Assembly (NCBI GenBank): GCA_965637545.1
Contig: OZ281495.1
Location: forward strand, 8,184,001 to 8,248,000
DNA from: Phallusia mammillata
Taxonomy: Eukaryota
DNA: 64,000 bases
Direction of reading: 5' to 3'
Below the pieces are notes generated by a model. The model was not told the DNA's origin and searched no databases. It saw only the letters and a program-made list of their open reading frames with translations. Positions 60,222 to 64,000 of the stretch are shown one piece after another (position 1 is the stretch's first letter; every line of letters begins with the position of its first letter). The position numbers were made by a program, and so were the translations under genes.

Positions 60222-62796
60222 CGTATTTTGAGCTATGGATTCTGGAATTCATCAGAAACGATACTAATTGCGTAATTGCTTATTTGTCACTTTGGCATGT
60301 TTGAAATGCCAATAACTTGTATAAGGTAACACAATAGTTCCGTCTGCATAAATTGACCAATATCTTATCTTGAGCAAATTTGAGATGATTTGAAAAAGAA
60401 ATTATGTGCATGGTATATGTATTTTATAGAACCTACGTACATTTCAACTTATTGCTTGGTATTTTGAACTCGAATCAGCTCTTCTCAATCTAACATAAAT
60501 CTGTACGATGCTCTGTTGAACGCATAACTCGGAGATTTCATAATGTATATAAAATGTCCATTGTGCCATTCTGAGTAATGTCAAGGTACGGACAATAAGG
60601 CGGTATTTCAACCCATTATACATTTTTCCACCTGCCTGTTGTTCGCCATTTTAGTGTTGCTTATCAGTTCGTAGCGCTCAATCCAAAATAGAAAGTTTTC
60701 GACCGCCTGGGGACTTACATCTAAAAGGGGTTGTTGCGATGAGAAATTACCCTTTAGCCATCAACACGGCTTTGGTAAAACCCTCCGTAAAGCCCCACAA
60801 GAGCAAATATAGATCAATCGGGTTTTCAGTTCATTACCAATATCAATTCATCATTATGATGAAAGACAATATCTTCCAACAAATCCCATCATAATAGCTA
60901 GTTTTAATTCCAGCAACATAAGTCCCACATATAAGGTTTGGTGGGTTACATTTTATCACAACACAAGTATTAACTTCTGGATGTTGTGAGTTAGTTTCGA
61001 CGGTTTTCTGGATTCAAACCGAAACCCGGATGCAAATATGTAATTTGAATTCAATTCCGGTTGAATGAATAGGAAAGTACTTCTGGGCACACTTTAAGTT
61101 CGTTGATACAATTCAAGGGCAATACTTTAAATACGTTTTAGTGCCTTATATTTAAAAGAGGGTAAAGCGTTTTAAAATTACAGATTGTTTTATAAAATAC
61201 CGCAAAACGTCTGATTTACAGGCCAGGATAGTAAGTTGGCCCAAAGCCCGATGCAAATAAGGTTTTATTGAAACTTGTAAAGTCTACGGGCAGCACGGCA
61301 ATTATATTTATCAAGGGAAAACACAAATGTGGTCGAATAAGCAGTCAGGCCCGAATCAAGTCCGTTATATTCAAATTTAAGCCCTAACCCATCTCGACTT
61401 ACAACTCTGCCGTGGACCCATTTTTTGTTGTTTGGCGAAATAGGTTGATTCGAAATGCATAAACCGCCTAATCACAATAAAGACTCCTTTTGTGCCCGCG
61501 AGCCTCAGGTTGGGAATGCGTAAATGAGGATGTGTAAGTCAGAGAGTTTAATGACAAGATAAAAAAAGCATTTTGAAGCTAACTACATATATGAAAATAC
61601 ACAAACCCAAAATAGGTAAAGCAAGATATTGCTGATTGTTTAAAATGTTAAAAATTCGTTCACTATTGACAGTTTCAAGCCTACCCGAAACCCACTTTGG
61701 ACATGCTTGCATTAGTTGCATTTGCTCCAGAAACTATTAGCAGTGAATTTCAAATGAAAAACCTAAACAAAAGATTATCATATGTAGACACTTTCCTATA
61801 TCGGAACTTTTAGTTCTATGTATCTTAACAAGGCTTACCGTTACGGGAAGTTTCCCACATAGCATAAGCCATAAGATACGGCACAGTAGACTGTTGACTT
61901 AGGCAGGTCAAAAAACAGACCTGGGATTTCCAAGCATACGTCAGAAGGAAAAAAGGGACCTCACATTGTGTATATATATTGGCTGTCACATCTGCGTTGA
62001 GGGTTATTCTAAACTTCCATCACAGGCTATAGGCTGATCTTGATTATCACACATGTATTGTTTTCAAGTGTTTAATCTAGCGGGAATTTCCCTGTTGAAT
62101 GGTCACGGTCGATTTAGCACTGACCGTGGTTCGTTTGCAGCATGTTATGGTTTTGAGTCCAACTTGGTCATGCGTCTTGTTTTTAGTTAGGAATGAGCTT
62201 TAAGTTTGAGATCATGCGTACAGTTTGTGAATTTAGATTTAACAGCACTTGCTGTTAGAAACCACATAGACTAACGTAGTGTAGTAACTGTTTTCAGCAT
62301 TATTAAGCAAAGCTTGGTTACTTTTAGTTAGTGGGGATATTTTTAGTAGGTGATACAACTATTAAAACTTGTGCTAATTTATGGTGCAACAAGATTTTTG
62401 ATAAGACGTTAGGTTGCAGATAAAAACCTTCGTTTTTAAACGACAAAAGGGTCTATTTAAACTGTCGTTTATTAACTATTGCTTACAATATAACAGTAAC
62501 TCAAATGGCACATTGAAAACACCTACATAGCCTAGTTAGAAGGGGTTGGTACCAGGAAATTTGTAGTTAACATGTTGTTACACGTGCTAGGTGAGCTTTT
62601 AACGATTTTGAACATATGTTTGAACCAAATATAAATAGGTACTACTGTTCCAAACCGATGTCAAAATTCATATCATCGGTTTTAAATTCATATCATCGGT
62701 CGACATTTTTATACCACTAACCAGTAACGTTTTATTGTTATACTTGGACAGTTTATTCGAAGAACCCTTTCATAAATTAATTTTAAAATTGACAAT

Positions 62797-63478
62797 ATGG
62801 TGGTGGCAAATAGTTTATCGTGTGAGAAGCCAAGAAGCGACCGTTCACTTCGAAGATCAGTTGTGAAAAAATTTGCCATTTTCATGTCCGGCATTTTTCT
62901 CACTTTCGGCGCCTATACTACTTTGCTCTATCTCCAGTCAAGCGTGAACATTGAAGATGGTGTTGGTGCGCAAGAAATATTTATTGTTGTTCTTGTTGTA
63001 GCAAATAAATTTGCTGATACTAATAAATGACGTGGTTTGATTGGCTATTAATTTATTTTATTTTGCAACAACTTACACCTAAAAACTATTTTTTAATTAA
63101 AGTTAAAGTTACGTTGTAAAAATTTGGCAAGTGATCTTAAAAATAAAGTAGTTTTTTACTGATTAATTTTCTTTTATCACATAATAGTAATAAAAATGCC
63201 ATTTTTTGTAATACTTAATCTTGTTACGGCTATTTACCTCATATCATTAGCTCCATGAAAACCCTTTAAAAAGTGTATTTATACCCTCAATTACGTCACA
63301 GCCGTATTCTTAACCATGTGTTACGTAGGTGCGGCGTCGTCAACTGCGATCTACTGTACGTCAGCGGTGTTCGGTGTTATTTTCACACCGATTTTGTTGA
63401 AGGCCTTCGGCACCAAGACCACCCTGATCATGTGTCACGTGACCTATCTCGTCTACATCGCGGTGAACTTCTATCCGA
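62797..63478 (+). CDS. UNC93-like MFS membrane protein, first two exons; the gene continues beyond 63478
   Basis: Exons 62797-62965 and 63329-63478: FLTFGAYTTLLYLQSSVNIEDGVG-AASSTAIYC...FTPILLKAFGTKTTLIMCHVTYLVYIAVNFYP, matching the UNC93A-family N-terminal pattern. Confidence 0.82.
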
Positions 63479-64000
63479 GTAAGTGAAGCGGAACGAGCGT
63501 TGTTTTGTTGGTAATCGTTTTTTGGAGGGTGGGTGGGGGAAGGTTTGGATGAAAAACGTTTTGCAAAGTTCAGTAGGAGTGGTCGATTTTATCATACATT
63601 ATGTATAATGTTTAAATTAAAACACTTAAAAACTCGATTGTGACATGTTATTTTGAAGGAATTTATTTCAAACCCAGCTTTTTTACACAAAACACGTTTA
63701 CAATATATCTTTCCGGCAAGTATTTTCTTTAAATCTACAATGTCAGAATATCATGGTGACGTTATACTGCGTATTAGTTACGTCAAAACAACACAAATAA
63801 AACTAATTTGGAGTTGTTCTAAGAAGGGCAACAACCACTAAATCAGGCTTATGTGACTTAAACAGATTTAGATTTTCGCTATAAATCAAAAATGTATTTT
63901 TGACAGTACAACCGGATTATATGGTTAATCCCTTCTTAATTTATATCTAATTTTGCCATAAAACGCCGTAAGCCTATGGTTGCAATTAAGCCAAATACCA

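Noticed and set aside
59609-60252. Several minus-strand and alternative-frame ORFs rich in F/L/S
   Set aside because: Antisense or frame shadows of the Lys/Arg-rich last exon of the CUB gene.
60540-61000. Possible minus-strand exons or retroelement remnant
   Set aside because: Only short open frames with no recognisable motif or consistent splice phase.

Overview
AT-rich, compact, intron-containing animal genomic DNA, not prokaryotic; no CRISPR array, rRNA or intact tRNA was seen. Short GT-AG introns, chordate-like proteins and an operon-like layout suggest an ascidian/tunicate (inference). Gene order: U1-C (+, intronless), RIOK1 (+, intronless), TADA3 (+, 9 exons), MRPS2 (+, 4 exons); three pipecolate/sarcosine-oxidase (PIPOX-like) paralogues (one -, two +, 8 coding exons each); PNPLA8/iPLA2-gamma (+); a GT10 alpha-1,3-fucosyltransferase (-); branched-chain aminotransferase (-); an unassigned single-CUB type I membrane protein (+); and the 5' part of an UNC93-like MFS gene (+). 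Introns and spacers carry many non-autonomous DNA transposons: hAT MITEs with 8-bp TSDs, Tc1/pogo-type with TA, Harbinger-type with TTA, and a 2.36-kb foldback element with ~900-bp arms and a 4-bp TSD. One tRNA-derived SINE is present. Main leads: (1) a candidate four-gene trans-spliced operon U1-C-RIOK1-TADA3-MRPS2; (2) the PIPOX triplet with divergent active-site motifs and C-terminal targeting signals; (3) the foldback element in a PIPOX intron; (4) the orphan CUB membrane protein with a very basic tail. All exon coordinates were read by hand from splice sites and homology and are unverified by transcript data.
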